Notes: generated from the sequence alone by a model not told the origin. A DNA stretch of 64,000 nt from Promethearchaeia archaeon (GCA_029856235.1 JAHQWP010000218.1:70-64069); one strand, 5' to 3'; positions 1-10,477 are shown, numbered from the stretch's first letter. Translations and numbers: made by a program.

Positions 1-1
1 C

Positions 2-1102
2 GTCTCTGTCAACGCTTCCACAGGATTATGTAACTACTGCGAAGACCCCGAGTATAAAACGCCTTCTTGGTGGAAAACTCAGATAACGGAAGAAATGAGA
101 CTTGACGGTCTTGAGGATTGGCAGCGTGTAATGGAACAAGCGCAATCAAGACGAGGAAGGCATAAGTATGATTGTATTGTAGGATATTCTGGTGGGAAAG
201 ATTCCACAGCTCTTCTATGGAAAATGATACACGAATATAACCTCTACCCTCTTGCTGTAACTGTAGATTCTGGATTTATTCCTGACACAGCATTTGAAAA
301 CATGAGGGATACTCTTCAAAAAATTCATGTAGATCATGTGATAATTGATGGTGCTAAAAAGACTTTCCCAAAATTGTATAAATGGATGTTTTTACATCAA
401 GATTCGGAAGATAGATGTTTAACTACTTCGATATGCGAAGCTTGTAGCGATTTAGTCCATGCTTTAGTTGTGAAAGAAGCTTTGAAGCGTGATATTGATT
501 TAATTCTCTTTGGGTACTCTCCCGACGAGATCAGAAGATATTTCTACGAAATTCCTCAACACGAAATCATCGAAGAATGGATGCCTGAATTCTTCTGGAA
601 CGACAATTTTACCGAAATGGACAGAGATCACTTTATTACTCGCAAAGAAGCGAAAGATCGAAGTCTTCCTCGAATATTGCTTCCGTATCACGTAGTAGAT
701 TACGAAGAAGATAAGATTATAGAGCTCGTCGAGACGAAAAACTTAGTGAAGAGAGGAAATTCAAGCACTCTTAAAACTAGTTGTCATGTTATAATGGCTG
801 CGTCCTTTTACGATCTGAACAGATATGGAATAGTCCCCTACGCATTACAATTTTCGGAACTCATTCGTCAAGATCCAAGTGTAAGGAAGAAATGGATAAT
901 CACGATGAAGCAAATCTCTCCTTTAATAAAACAGGGAAAGTTTAACGAACAAGGATTTAATTTTGCTCTGGAGAAAATGGGTATAACTAAAAGCCAACTT
1001 AGCGAAGTAATTCAAGATCAATTAGCTCGCGATCCAAATCGAGAAAAAATAATTCGAAACGTGGAATTATTCACATCTCAACATCGGAGAAAGCGAAATT
1101 AA
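2..1102 (+). CDS. PP-loop ATP pyrophosphatase, N-acetyl-sugar amidotransferase-like (5' end runs off the window)
   Basis: The frame of the listed ORF 95..1102 stays open back to nt 2 (...GLCNYCEDPEYKTPSWW..., a CxxC zinc-ribbon-like element). SGGKDS PP-loop motif (IVGYSGGKDSTALL). The Zn-ribbon then PP-loop layout resembles WbuX/PseA-type amidotransferases. Confidence 0.6.
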   Translation, partial: VSVNASTGLCNYCEDPEYKTPSWWKTQITEEMRLDGLEDWQRVMEQAQSRRGRHKYDCIVGYSGGKDSTALLWKMIHEYNLYPLAVTVDSGFIPDTAFENMRDTLQKIHVDHVIIDGAKKTFPKLYKWMFLHQDSEDRCLTTSICEACSDLVHALVVKEALKRDIDLILFGYSPDEIRRYFYEIPQHEIIEEWMPEFFWNDNFTEMDRDHFITRKEAKDRSLPRILLPYHVVDYEEDKIIELVETKNLVKRGNSSTLKTSCHVIMAASFYDLNRYGIVPYALQFSELIRQDPSVRKKWIITMKQISPLIKQGKFNEQGFNFALEKMGITKSQLSEVIQDQLARDPNREKIIRNVELFTSQHRRKRN

Positions 1103-1120
1103 TTCGTGCTACTTAATTTA

Positions 1121-1130
1121 TTTTTTTTTT
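1121..1130 (+). terminator. oligo-T tract (archaeal-type terminator candidate)
   Basis: T10, 19 nt after the stop of the PP-loop gene. Confidence 0.35.
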
Positions 1131-1239
1131 CTATTTGTTTAACTCTGATTAGATCAGTCCGCGACAAATTTTTTCTTTAAATATTTAAAATTATTTTCGT
1201 CTCTAACATAAAATATAAGCTGGTAGATGTAAAAATATT

Positions 1240-2928
1240 ATGACAATAGCGTTAGTAAAAGTATCGTGTATTAACGACAGGTTAATTCCGCTAGGTTTGG
1301 CATGTTTACAAGCGTACTTAAAGCTCCATGCTCAGTCGGTCCAAGTTTTTAACTTTAGAGCAACCAATTACACTTTACCTAAGGTGATATTTGACCCACT
1401 CATCCAATTGGATTTAACTAACTTTATCATGAACCACCAGGATTTTCCGATGATTGTTCCCATCGCGAACGATATTTTTAGAAACGAAGATCCCAAATTT
1501 AACGAGGGGATGTACGTCGATATTATAAAAGATTACTCAACGAGAATGTTCGAACCGCTTAATGCGACGAAAATACGATTCGAGGGTATGATAGACTATT
1601 GTAGGAACACCGTTCTCGAGGATTTAAAAGATTACTCAATAATCGCGTTCTCTTTGAACTATCTTAACATTTCGGAAACCATAATTTCCTCGTGTCTGTT
1701 AAAACGGACCAACCCTGAGTGCACAATCGTGTGGGGGGGACCATCTATCACCCAATCTTCTGAAGCGTTTAAAATATTTCTTAAGAAAGGAATATGCGAT
1801 GGGTTAGTAATTGGAGAAGGAGAACATCCATTGCTTGAAATTGCAAAAGGAGTCGATTTAAACGATATAAAAGGTGTAATGAGCTTAAATCAGCAGCACG
1901 GTTACCAATATTCTCCCGGAATTCAGCTCGATTTAGACTTATTGCCAACACCCGATTACACCGATATACCGTTAGATACGTACTATCAAATTGCTTCGAC
2001 TTACAGGTCTCGCGGGTGTACTAATCGTTGCCAATTCTGCGCAGAATGGAAACTTTTCGGTCCACGCTTTAGAATTCGTTCGGTGAATAAAGTGGTTCAA
2101 GATGTGGAGACTATTTTGCGAAAATTTAAACCACGGTTCATGTTGTTTGGAGAATCACTAATTAACGACGATCTTGAATATTTCGAAGAATTATGCGATA
2201 AGCTCATCGAAAAGAATTTAGATATTAAGTTTGGGACTCACTTTAGAGCAAATATAACTCCAAATCTTGCTAGGAAAGCAAAAATGGCGGGATTTGAGGA
2301 CGCTTGGGTAGGTTTTGAAGCCTTTTCGGATAAAGATCTGAAAGAAATGAACAAAGGAACCAGTGTTAACCAGAACTTGGACACTATAGAAAGTTTAACA
2401 CAAGCCGGAGTTAACGTGCTAGCAATGCTAGTTGTAGGTTTTAGCGACATCAAAACTGAAAAAAACAACTGCGAGAACGTTAATCAAACTATAGAACATT
2501 TCTCTCAAAGATCGTATTTCGACAACGAGGGAATCGAACATCCTCTCCCAGTTCAATTCCGCCCTGCTCCTATGTATATTGTTCCAGGATCGTTCGATTA
2601 CAAATCAAAAAAGCACACTGCTATGGGGTCTTGGAAGTGTCAATATAAAGCAAACGAAAATGAAAAGGATATTTCTAATCTAGAAGAGGAGCTAATGGAA
2701 ATTCCCTATATTTTTAATAGACCAATTCCAGACGACAAAATCGTAAATTTTATGATTCAAATACAAGATGCTGATCGTCAAGCTGGTTTTACCATTGGAG
2801 GTGTAATGAAATACGTCATAGATTACACGATGGAAATGAGAAGAAAAAGCCGCCAAAAGCGAAAAGTTCAGAGGATAGGAGTATCCGCTCAAAGGTTTGA
2901 GCCAAAAATCAAACAGCAAATTAATTAA
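1240..2928 (+). CDS. B12-binding-domain radical SAM protein
   Basis: 562-aa ORF. CxxxCxxC radical SAM cluster motif (RGCTNRCQFCAEW) follows a Rossmann-like N-terminal half (IVWGGPSIT, LVIGEGE) typical of class B cobalamin-binding rSAM enzymes. Confidence 0.8.
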   Translation: MTIALVKVSCINDRLIPLGLACLQAYLKLHAQSVQVFNFRATNYTLPKVIFDPLIQLDLTNFIMNHQDFPMIVPIANDIFRNEDPKFNEGMYVDIIKDYSTRMFEPLNATKIRFEGMIDYCRNTVLEDLKDYSIIAFSLNYLNISETIISSCLLKRTNPECTIVWGGPSITQSSEAFKIFLKKGICDGLVIGEGEHPLLEIAKGVDLNDIKGVMSLNQQHGYQYSPGIQLDLDLLPTPDYTDIPLDTYYQIASTYRSRGCTNRCQFCAEWKLFGPRFRIRSVNKVVQDVETILRKFKPRFMLFGESLINDDLEYFEELCDKLIEKNLDIKFGTHFRANITPNLARKAKMAGFEDAWVGFEAFSDKDLKEMNKGTSVNQNLDTIESLTQAGVNVLAMLVVGFSDIKTEKNNCENVNQTIEHFSQRSYFDNEGIEHPLPVQFRPAPMYIVPGSFDYKSKKHTAMGSWKCQYKANENEKDISNLEEELMEIPYIFNRPIPDDKIVNFMIQIQDADRQAGFTIGGVMKYVIDYTMEMRRKSRQKRKVQRIGVSAQRFEPKIKQQIN

Positions 2929-2984
2929 ATTTATTAATTGATATTTTTTCTTCTTTTATAATAGTATTTTAAAGGCTATACTCT

Positions 2985-3245
2985 ATGGATGAAATTAGTG
3001 GGATACTTTCTGCTGAAACCGTAGCAAATGGAACTAAATCCGAAGGACCTAGATATTATATTCAACCGTTAGATGACTACGCTAATCGGTGGTCTAAAAT
3101 TCTCGTAAGGAAACAAGTTATGTTGTGGCAGAACGATCCAGTGCTACATAAATTTATTGGTAAAAAAGTGATAATTCATGGCGAGATAATCGAGACTAAA
3201 AGTACTATCACCGTAGATTACAAATTCGTAGAAGAATTAGAATGA
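2985..3245 (+). CDS. hypothetical small protein (86 aa)
   Basis: ORF 57 nt downstream of the rSAM gene on the same strand. No recognisable motif. Confidence 0.4.
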   Translation: MDEISGILSAETVANGTKSEGPRYYIQPLDDYANRWSKILVRKQVMLWQNDPVLHKFIGKKVIIHGEIIETKSTITVDYKFVEELE

Positions 3246-3267
3246 TTAATCGAATTTTAAATAAAAA

Positions 3268-3492
3268 TTACACCTTTATTTTTTCTACCTTGTAATACTT
3301 ATTAGTTAAGTCATCCTTGTGCGCGTTTCGTTGTTTAGACTTTCGTTCTCGCAGCATTTCGTTCACTAATTCTACACTCCCGCGCTTTAGAAACATTCTA
3401 ATGAATTTTAGCTCATTCACGCTAATATTAAGCGTTTGGAGGAATTCAGAATGCCGAAAATTTCCCCAATCCAGATTACGATTTTTTTTCAT
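3268..3492 (-). CDS. hypothetical basic helical protein (74 aa)
   Basis: ORF only. It competes with an overlapping + strand ORF (3317..3499) whose product is low-complexity; the minus-strand product looks more protein-like. Confidence 0.3.
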   Translation of the reverse strand: MKKNRNLDWGNFRHSEFLQTLNISVNELKFIRMFLKRGSVELVNEMLRERKSKQRNAHKDDLTNKYYKVEKIKV

Positions 3493-3672
3493 GGTATAGA
3501 CCTATTTATGTTTATAATTATAGCGAATAGTTACGCATATATAAAAAAAAATTCGAGTGTAAGATCTCCGAGAACAATTTTGTTCTAAATTTTTCATTTA
3601 AATAAAGCTACGTCTATTAGTATGTATAAAATAAAGTTTATAGCAATTTAATTAAAAAACCTGTTACCCAAG

Positions 3673-4017
3673 ATGATTTGTGAGTACTGTGGCATAGCGC
3701 TTAAGAGTCTCGGAAAGAAAGTAGTTGAGCACATTAACATAACTCAGCCTCAGAAAACTCATTACTTTTGCTCTCAAGCCTGCAAAGATAGATGGTGCTT
3801 ACAAATTCAAAAGAACAAAACCCGCCTTCTTGTTACCTGGTGTGTTGGTTCCTATATAGAAAGATATTTCTTTGTAAAAAAACTCTTGAAAGTCCACAGT
3901 CCATCCTTACTAGGTTCAGAATCAAACAAGTCTTACTTTAAATCCAATTTTCAAGAAGTAGAGATATTAGAGTTAGTAGAATTTAACGGAAAAAAGGTAT
4001 TAAAGGTAAGAAGCTGA
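3673..4017 (+). CDS. TRASH/YHS-like zinc-binding domain protein
   Basis: N-terminal CEYCG...(x)...YFCSQACKDRW cysteine pattern. T9 tract 4036-4044 lies just downstream. Confidence 0.45.
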   Translation: MICEYCGIALKSLGKKVVEHINITQPQKTHYFCSQACKDRWCLQIQKNKTRLLVTWCVGSYIERYFFVKKLLKVHSPSLLGSESNKSYFKSNFQEVEILELVEFNGKKVLKVRS

Positions 4018-4123
4018 ATATTGATGGTTAAGTAATTTTTTTTTAATAGGAAATTAAAGATATTTAATTATTTGATTAGAAATTCCTTAAACTCAGAAAT
4101 TTTTACATAGCAATTTAGAGGTT

Positions 4124-4735
4124 TTACTTGGTTTCTTCAATTTTATCAATCCATTTTTTGATTGTCTTCATACTAACATGTTGCTCGTCAGCAATTTGTT
4201 GAATGTTTTTATTTAACTCAAAATGCTGTTTCTCCAACCATTTTAAATCAGTATAATTTTGATTTTCGTTCCTTTTAGAGTAAATTCTCATGAAGTATAT
4301 TTTCCCTAGAATAAGAAGTAGCCCACCTACAAAGGGAAGAACGACAACAAACTCAAAAATAAAACCGTAAGGAGCAAAAAACGGTACTATAATAATCCAA
4401 CTTATTATCCAGAATGTGTTGAGAATTAAAATCCCAATACCCCAACCTAGCCATTTATTTAAAATAAAATCTAATCGAGTAGGGTTTTTTCTTAAAGAGA
4501 AAATCGAGCTTATTAGAAAGAATGTAATTATGAGAAAATTTAAAGATATAATTTTTTGGGGTATATCAAGTATATTTATTTCAAATATAGGGAAATAAGG
4601 AAAACCCCAAATCCAAAATGGATAAAATCCAGAAGGAGAGCTCTCGTATCTTGTAAATGGGAATACAAACGCTAAAATAATTGAAATAATAGAACCCATA
4701 GGAAATAAAAATATTATACTTTTTTTCATATCCAA
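4124..4735 (-). CDS. polytopic membrane protein with C-terminal HTH-like tail
   Basis: About 5 hydrophobic segments, then NIQQIADEQHVSMKTIKKWIDKIEE, which resembles a sigma-70 region 4 or terminase-type HTH. Confidence 0.55.
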   Translation of the reverse strand: MDMKKSIIFLFPMGSIISIILAFVFPFTRYESSPSGFYPFWIWGFPYFPIFEINILDIPQKIISLNFLIITFFLISSIFSLRKNPTRLDFILNKWLGWGIGILILNTFWIISWIIIVPFFAPYGFIFEFVVVLPFVGGLLLILGKIYFMRIYSKRNENQNYTDLKWLEKQHFELNKNIQQIADEQHVSMKTIKKWIDKIEETK

Positions 4736-4844
4736 GTTCGTCTCATTTTTTTTTCAACTAGATGTTCAAATAATATCAAATAAATAACCCTTTTAAATGT
4801 CTTCTTTCAACTTGCCCTATTTGGATTTAAAGAAGTTTTCAGCA

Positions 4845-5135
4845 TTACTTTCGAGGTTCGATATGTTCTAGAGACGATAGATGACTGATAGAATAATCGT
4901 GATATCCGTCATTAGAAGGTGATCTAATTCCTTCAGCGCGGATGTAATGCCCAACGCGGGGTAAAAAGCCATAGGAATTTATTTTTGAGGAACTCACTAG
5001 GACCGAATACATTTCCGATCCTACGCGAACTGTTAATGATATGTAGCCATAGGTATAACTTCGAGAAATGCGCTTCTCACCTCCTCTAATTTCTACAATT
5101 CTTCCTTCGATCGTCCTTTTTCCCTTATATGCCAT
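4845..5135 (-). CDS. hypothetical protein (96 aa)
   Basis: ORF with balanced composition. No motif recognised. Confidence 0.45.
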   Translation of the reverse strand: MAYKGKRTIEGRIVEIRGGEKRISRSYTYGYISLTVRVGSEMYSVLVSSSKINSYGFLPRVGHYIRAEGIRSPSNDGYHDYSISHLSSLEHIEPRK

Positions 5136-5235
5136 CAGGAATTACCTACTACTCAAAAGTTAAATATAAATAAACAAGAAATTTAAAATTTATATTACTT
5201 AAGAACTTTTCAAATAACTGGTCTAAAGTTCATCA

Positions 5236-5640
5236 TTAAAAAAAAGGTCCAAATTTCTCATAGACTCGTATTAAGTTATCGCGGTAGAATTGAATTTTCT
5301 CGTTAAGTGGATTTAACTCCGTAGCAATTTTCATCACTTCTTCCGCTTTTTTAAGTTCTCCTTTATCCATATATGTTATGGTAAGCAAACCCCACGCTTC
5401 GATTAAAGTGTTATTTAGGTCTGTAGCTGTTTCAAAACTATTTATTGCTATATCGAGGTTTCCTAAACGGCGATTGACAATACCTAAGTAAAGCCACGCA
5501 TGTTCATTCGAAGGATCTTTATCTAATAAACTATTTACAGTAACAAGTGCTTTTTCATTATCCTTTTCTGCGAGGAGTTTATTAATCTGTTCGATAGCTT
5601 GCTTGTTTTTAATTTCGTCTAATTCCAAAGTGTACTTCAC
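5236..5640 (-). CDS. TPR repeat protein
   Basis: Three to four 34-aa TPR-like units (e.g. AWLYLGIVNRRLGNLDIAINSFETATDLNN, AWGLLTITYMDKGELKKAEEVMKIATELNP). Confidence 0.7.
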   Translation of the reverse strand: MKYTLELDEIKNKQAIEQINKLLAEKDNEKALVTVNSLLDKDPSNEHAWLYLGIVNRRLGNLDIAINSFETATDLNNTLIEAWGLLTITYMDKGELKKAEEVMKIATELNPLNEKIQFYRDNLIRVYEKFGPFF

Positions 5641-5770
5641 AATATTTTGTTTACTAATTATAACTTACTCAAGCTTATTTATATACATTTAATATTAAAC
5701 CTTTATAAAAAAAAAGTGTGCCATAGGAATATCACATATTAAAAACGATAAAAAGTATAACAAAACCTTT

Positions 5771-6034
5771 TTAAAATAGCGCAGGATGCTTTTTTTCGAT
5801 ATTATTTAAGGTCGATACTAAATCATAAAGGAGTTTTTCGTCTTGACACTGATTAATTGACTCAGATAACTTATTTAGGAGCGAATTTGCCAAGTTTTTC
5901 TCGTATTCCGTAGGATTTTCAGATCTGTTATGAAAAATTTCGTCAAATTCTGCTTCAAACCACCGTAGTTGTTCCTGAAATTCCTCTTTTTGAAGGTTTT
6001 CACTATTGTAGTTTAGAAACATACGTCTCCTCAA
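5771..6034 (-). CDS. hypothetical helical protein (87 aa)
   Basis: ORF only. Confidence 0.4.
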   Translation of the reverse strand: MRRRMFLNYNSENLQKEEFQEQLRWFEAEFDEIFHNRSENPTEYEKNLANSLLNKLSESINQCQDEKLLYDLVSTLNNIEKKHPALF

Positions 6035-6310
6035 TTTAAAATTTTTATTAAATATTTTAAACTACAATAATAGTTATAAAACTTATTTAAAAAGTTAAGC
6101 AACTCTGCGGATTTTCTAAAATGTCCTACGACAAATGGGAAAATGAGTTATAACTTAAATAATCGTAATAAGTCGGATCGTACAATTCCAATAATCTAAC
6201 AATTAGAGCTCTTGTTCGCAAGTTTAATGGTGATAATAGTATAAAAGCATTTTTGTCGGAGCTCTAAAGAAAAACAAAAGAATCATTACAATTCTAAATT
6301 ATATTATCAG

Positions 6311-6721
6311 TTACCCGCCTAAAACATTTAAAGCTAATACCGAAAAAATATTGCCTAAAATAACTGCGATTATGAATAGAATTACTTGAATAACAAGAAT
6401 AAATTGAATTGCTTCTCCTTTTTCTTTCTTATAATACTTGATAGCGAATACAACACCTATAAGCATATTAGTGCCAAATCTCACAAAGTCAATCATTACA
6501 CTATCTCCATAGAGTAAAGACAAAGGAATTCCAATAACCAGACTAACAACTAACCAAATGGTGTTAATCTTTAAAGGAATATCAAAAGATTGGCCCCACT
6601 TCTTCGAACTTGCATATATTTGCATAATATAGGTACCAGTGATAAACAAAATGAGGGATATCCCAATATATGAAATCAATACAAAAGTAATTACCGTAGC
6701 ATAATCTAATTGAAAAATCAT
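6311..6721 (-). CDS. membrane protein (4 TM)
   Basis: Four long hydrophobic segments. Confidence 0.6.
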   Translation of the reverse strand: MIFQLDYATVITFVLISYIGISLILFITGTYIMQIYASSKKWGQSFDIPLKINTIWLVVSLVIGIPLSLLYGDSVMIDFVRFGTNMLIGVVFAIKYYKKEKGEAIQFILVIQVILFIIAVILGNIFSVLALNVLGG

Positions 6722-6883
6722 TATGGTCTCCTAATTCATAATTTAATAGATAAAAAAGTGAAATCTTCGCATCATTTATAGTTTTTATTTATAAATAATA
6801 TCCATATTGTCATATATTTGAAAAGGAGTTTTATATCTAGGATAACTTTATATATCATTAGACAAAATTGTACTATACTTTAG

Positions 6884-7357
6884 GTGATAGAGATTTCTGA
6901 CATAGAGCATAATGATGAGATAAAGATAGAAAAGGGATTTAGGGACGATAGCTCAGAGGGACTTAATATAAAAAATAATGAACTAAAAGAAAAATTAATG
7001 CTCATAGGATTAATTTTAAATAGTATAGGAGGAATTTTATATCTTCTCTCCGTTTTCATGGTTTTCCAAACCTCTATAGGTTCCATGTATCCATTCGCTA
7101 GTGGGCCATTTTTACTTACAGGAGTAATTTCAATAATAGGAACTATATTAGGAGTAAAGAATTTAAAAACAGGTTATTTAATTATCCTCTCTTCAATACC
7201 ATTTACTTTCGCTATTGGTCTTATATTCTTTCGCTATTTGGATTGTTTCATGTGTCTCATTGGGTTTGTGTTGGTACCAATCCCACTCCCCCACTCCGTA
7301 TTTGTAATAAATGGCGGAATTCTGTGTTTAATAAGCTATAAGAAGAAAATATATTAG
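6884..7357 (+). CDS. membrane protein
   Basis: GTG start preceded by AGGTG. Acidic N-terminus followed by 4 hydrophobic segments. Confidence 0.55.
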   Translation: MIEISDIEHNDEIKIEKGFRDDSSEGLNIKNNELKEKLMLIGLILNSIGGILYLLSVFMVFQTSIGSMYPFASGPFLLTGVISIIGTILGVKNLKTGYLIILSSIPFTFAIGLIFFRYLDCFMCLIGFVLVPIPLPHSVFVINGGILCLISYKKKIY

Positions 7358-7515
7358 TTAATATGAAAACCTAGTTAATACTACATATTCAAAGAAGATC
7401 GTGAAAGCACACTTTTACGAAGTATTTGAAAATAGCGTCTTTTTATACAAAGGATGCATATATACAAAATAAAAACCAAGGTTTAAATTCGACAATTAAA
7501 ATAAGGAAAAATATC

Positions 7516-7740
7516 ATGAGAAAAAGAAACATTGCATTCATATTGTTTGGTGTTGGAGCTGTGAACATTGTAACTCTTCCTATATTACTTTTCGTTTATG
7601 GACCGTTATACCAACAACTTGGGATGCCACCCTACGCCTCAACCGTGGGATTGATGACTAGTACAATAACAACAGTAGTCGCAGCTTCCGCTCTCTTTAT
7701 AGCAGGAATAATTGTTTTTATTAAATTCAGAAAAACTTGA
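7516..7740 (+). CDS. small membrane protein (2 TM)
   Basis: The ORF track starts at TTG 7426. In-frame ATG 7516 (MRKRNIAFILFG...), preceded by AAGGA, is the more likely start. T9 tract 7742-7750 follows. Confidence 0.45.
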   Translation: MRKRNIAFILFGVGAVNIVTLPILLFVYGPLYQQLGMPPYASTVGLMTSTITTVVAASALFIAGIIVFIKFRKT

Positions 7741-7764
7741 ATTTTTTTTTCGGATTCAATTTTT

Positions 7765-8079
7765 TTATTTGATCCTCTTCTTTACTAATTGAACTAAGCT
7801 GTCAAACTCTTCAGCGATTTCCAGATATTCTTCACCCCAACCATTACTAATTGAAATTTCTTGAAAATCGGATGTTGGAAGAAATAGAATTTTCAGCTCA
7901 TTTATTTTTGAAATATCTGATTCCGACAACCTTGTAATGTGATTATCAATAGCATTAATTACATCTTTACTAGTGTTAAAAGTTGACATCGTGACATCAC
8001 AATCTTTGATACCCACATATCCTCTTATGATTTTAAGTAATCTTATAATATCTTTAATTTCATTTTCCAATTTAACCAA
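7765..8079 (-). CDS. hypothetical protein (104 aa)
   Basis: ORF only. Confidence 0.45.
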   Translation of the reverse strand: MVKLENEIKDIIRLLKIIRGYVGIKDCDVTMSTFNTSKDVINAIDNHITRLSESDISKINELKILFLPTSDFQEISISNGWGEEYLEIAEEFDSLVQLVKKRIK

Positions 8080-8103
8080 CTGTGTTAATAAAAAAAAGAG
8101 ATA

Positions 8104-8847
8104 TTATTTTTCCCAATAATCGGGATTAAACTCTTCTAAATCGTAGGGAGGCCAAGCTTTAGGCGTTTTAATATTTCGAACAAAACGATGGGTACACTTC
8201 TCAGCTCCAAATCCTAAAGTTTCTGTGCGCGTAAATCCAAAACCAAGACCTTCAGCTTCATAGTGATCTCCTAAACAAATAAACGGGAGATATTTCTCGG
8301 CCCCTAGTTTCTTATACCCCTTCTGAACTCCACACGCCGTTATGTCCCATCCCCACTCAAAATTTTCACCATCTCCCTCTACAAAATCCATTACCCAATC
8401 GTCGGGATAAAGTCTTAATTGAGTTTCTTCGGTTAATTTTTTTTGATAGTCCATGTATACGGGATCAAAGGGGTATTGGGAAGGATCCCGACCTGCTTGC
8501 TCTAAAGCTTTTTTTCTATTTTTATTAACTTCTAATATGTAGTTATAATGGAATACCCCGATTTCTCCGAATGAAAACCCAATTTTTTCCAGTGTGCGAA
8601 ACACTGCGAGATCTGACATGCATTTGACAAGGATTAAAGTAAGAGGATTTTTTTGTCCTCCAATGTATGGAATGTGAGGTAATATTCCCTCAAATTCTGC
8701 TCTCATTTGGTTAATTAGCTCTTCGCACTTGTTGTTGTCAAATTTCTTACCAAGTACTTCGTTTACTACTGCTAAACGCTCGTCAAAACTCTTTATGAAT
8801 TTTGATTTCTTTTTAACATAAAAATCATCAACTATTTTGGTAGTCAT
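8104..8847 (-). CDS. L-2-amino-thiazoline-4-carboxylate hydrolase-like (ATC_hydrolase family) protein
   Basis: C-terminal pattern ACGV...LGAEKYLPFICLGDHY...FTRTETLGFGAEKCTHRF matches my memory of the C..x..C..D...R..TL..G...C..F signature of that family. Confidence 0.5.
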   Translation of the reverse strand: MTTKIVDDFYVKKKSKFIKSFDERLAVVNEVLGKKFDNNKCEELINQMRAEFEGILPHIPYIGGQKNPLTLILVKCMSDLAVFRTLEKIGFSFGEIGVFHYNYILEVNKNRKKALEQAGRDPSQYPFDPVYMDYQKKLTEETQLRLYPDDWVMDFVEGDGENFEWGWDITACGVQKGYKKLGAEKYLPFICLGDHYEAEGLGFGFTRTETLGFGAEKCTHRFVRNIKTPKAWPPYDLEEFNPDYWEK

Positions 8848-9023
8848 AATTGTCTATTTTATGATTGGTTCATCCAATTTCAATTTATTCAAGTTCTTTG
8901 CTATGTAAAAATTTTATAGAAAAGGTATAGAATGGATAATAATAATTTTTTTATTCTTACTCTTATTATTCTCCTAAAGAACTTTGCTGATAAGGTCTTA
9001 TTCATTAATTTAATTTTTCTACC

Positions 9024-10025
9024 ATGAAACCAGAAAAAAATTCAGATCGCAAACAAGAACTCGTGGCTTATATATTACTAATTTTAACCATGGTTATTTG
9101 GGGCGGTACGTGGCCATTAGGACGATGGTTAGTTTCAGAGGAAGTAGGAGGAGCTACAATCCCTCCATTCATGATTGCAGTAATCCGATATTTTCTAGCA
9201 GTCATTTGCTTTTTTCTGATCCTTAAGTTTAAAGAAGGGTCTTTAAATTGGCAGTTTGCTAAAAAACATTGGAAGATATTAACTTTAATGGGATTATTAT
9301 CGGTGACAATTTATCAAGCGGGTTATTTAATTGGAGAGATATTTACCAGCGCGAGCGACGCGAGCATAATGGTTGCAACTAACGCAGTTTGGGTAGTTAT
9401 TCTTTCAAGTACTTTCTTGAAAACTGAAGGGTTTGCATGGAAAAAGATGGTTGGCTCATTACTAGCATTCATAGCAGTCGTTATTGTTGTAGGTTTTTCT
9501 CCCAATGTAAACGTGGCGAATCGGATTTTTGGAGATATTATGATACTATTAGCGGCATTTGGTTACGCCACTTATACCGTTATAACTCGCTTTTTCTTAA
9601 ATAAAACTCTCGAAAACAATAAATCCTATCAACCTAGCTCCATTTGGATTATGACCTATGTTTCTTTATTTGGTTTTTTAATAACTACTCCTATTGCTTT
9701 AATTATTAGTCCAGAGTTCTTAATTCCTGCAACATTTTTAACTATACCCCCTCGCGTATGGATAGGTATATCATATCTTGCGTTTATATCTACGATCGGT
9801 GCATATACATTCTATTTAGAAGGAGTTAAACGTTTAAATGCTAGTAGAGCCGCAATTTTCCAAGCACTTGTTCCATTATTTGGAGTGTTGTTCTCTGCTT
9901 TGTTCTTGCAAGAGCTATTCGATGTGTTCATCTATCCCTTCGCCTTATTGCTTGTCATACTAGGAATAATTCTCGTAAACCTTAAGAAAACGAAAATCAA
10001 AACTAGAGATGATGATATTAAATGA
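9024..10025 (+). CDS. EamA/DMT-family transporter
   Basis: About 10 TM segments arranged as two 5-TM halves, typical EamA duplication. The stop overlaps the next start (ATGA). Confidence 0.8.
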   Translation: MKPEKNSDRKQELVAYILLILTMVIWGGTWPLGRWLVSEEVGGATIPPFMIAVIRYFLAVICFFLILKFKEGSLNWQFAKKHWKILTLMGLLSVTIYQAGYLIGEIFTSASDASIMVATNAVWVVILSSTFLKTEGFAWKKMVGSLLAFIAVVIVVGFSPNVNVANRIFGDIMILLAAFGYATYTVITRFFLNKTLENNKSYQPSSIWIMTYVSLFGFLITTPIALIISPEFLIPATFLTIPPRVWIGISYLAFISTIGAYTFYLEGVKRLNASRAAIFQALVPLFGVLFSALFLQELFDVFIYPFALLLVILGIILVNLKKTKIKTRDDDIK

Positions 10026-10477
10026 GAATTCCTATTCAAGTATTGGTCTATCCTGTAAGAAGAAATGAGAGAGAATGGGAATTTCTGATGCTTAAAAGAA
10101 TAAAAAGCCGAGGAAGCTTTTGGCAAGGAGTAACTGGAGCCCCTGAAAACGATGAGACCAATCTTGAGGGCGCAAAACGAGAATTATTTGAAGAAACAGG
10201 TTATCGCTCTGTAACCCTAATACAAACGGATGTATCCTACATAATACCAATGGAAGATAGATGGATAGACATCTATCCTAAGGGTACTGTAAAAATCCCT
10301 GAATACCTTTTTATTGCTATAATATCCCAAACAATTCCACCTAAAATTGATCCCGTTGAACACGACGAATGGAAATGGTGTTCATACGAAGAGGCTATGA
10401 ATCTTCTCTCGTGGGATGATAACAAAAGAGCTCTCGAGTATGTTCAAAAGTATTTAGGAGATATTACAATTAAATAA
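10022..10477 (+). CDS. NUDIX hydrolase
   Basis: Exact Nudix box Gx5Ex7REUxEExGU: GAPENDETNLEGAKRELFEETGY. Confidence 0.85.
   Translation: MRIPIQVLVYPVRRNEREWEFLMLKRIKSRGSFWQGVTGAPENDETNLEGAKRELFEETGYRSVTLIQTDVSYIIPMEDRWIDIYPKGTVKIPEYLFIAIISQTIPPKIDPVEHDEWKWCSYEEAMNLLSWDDNKRALEYVQKYLGDITIK

Noticed and set aside
500-2919. ORFs 500..691 (-), 510..695 (+), 2238..2468 (-), 2692..2919 (-)
   Set aside because: They are embedded in the PP-loop and radical SAM genes and have no independent support.
6035-6310. 275-nt gene-free spacer examined for a small RNA or tRNA
   Set aside because: No GC-rich stem pattern, no tRNA-like acceptor/T-arm features and no conserved box motifs were recognisable by eye. 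Only a GAGCTC-containing inverted pair is present, and that hexamer is itself palindromic.
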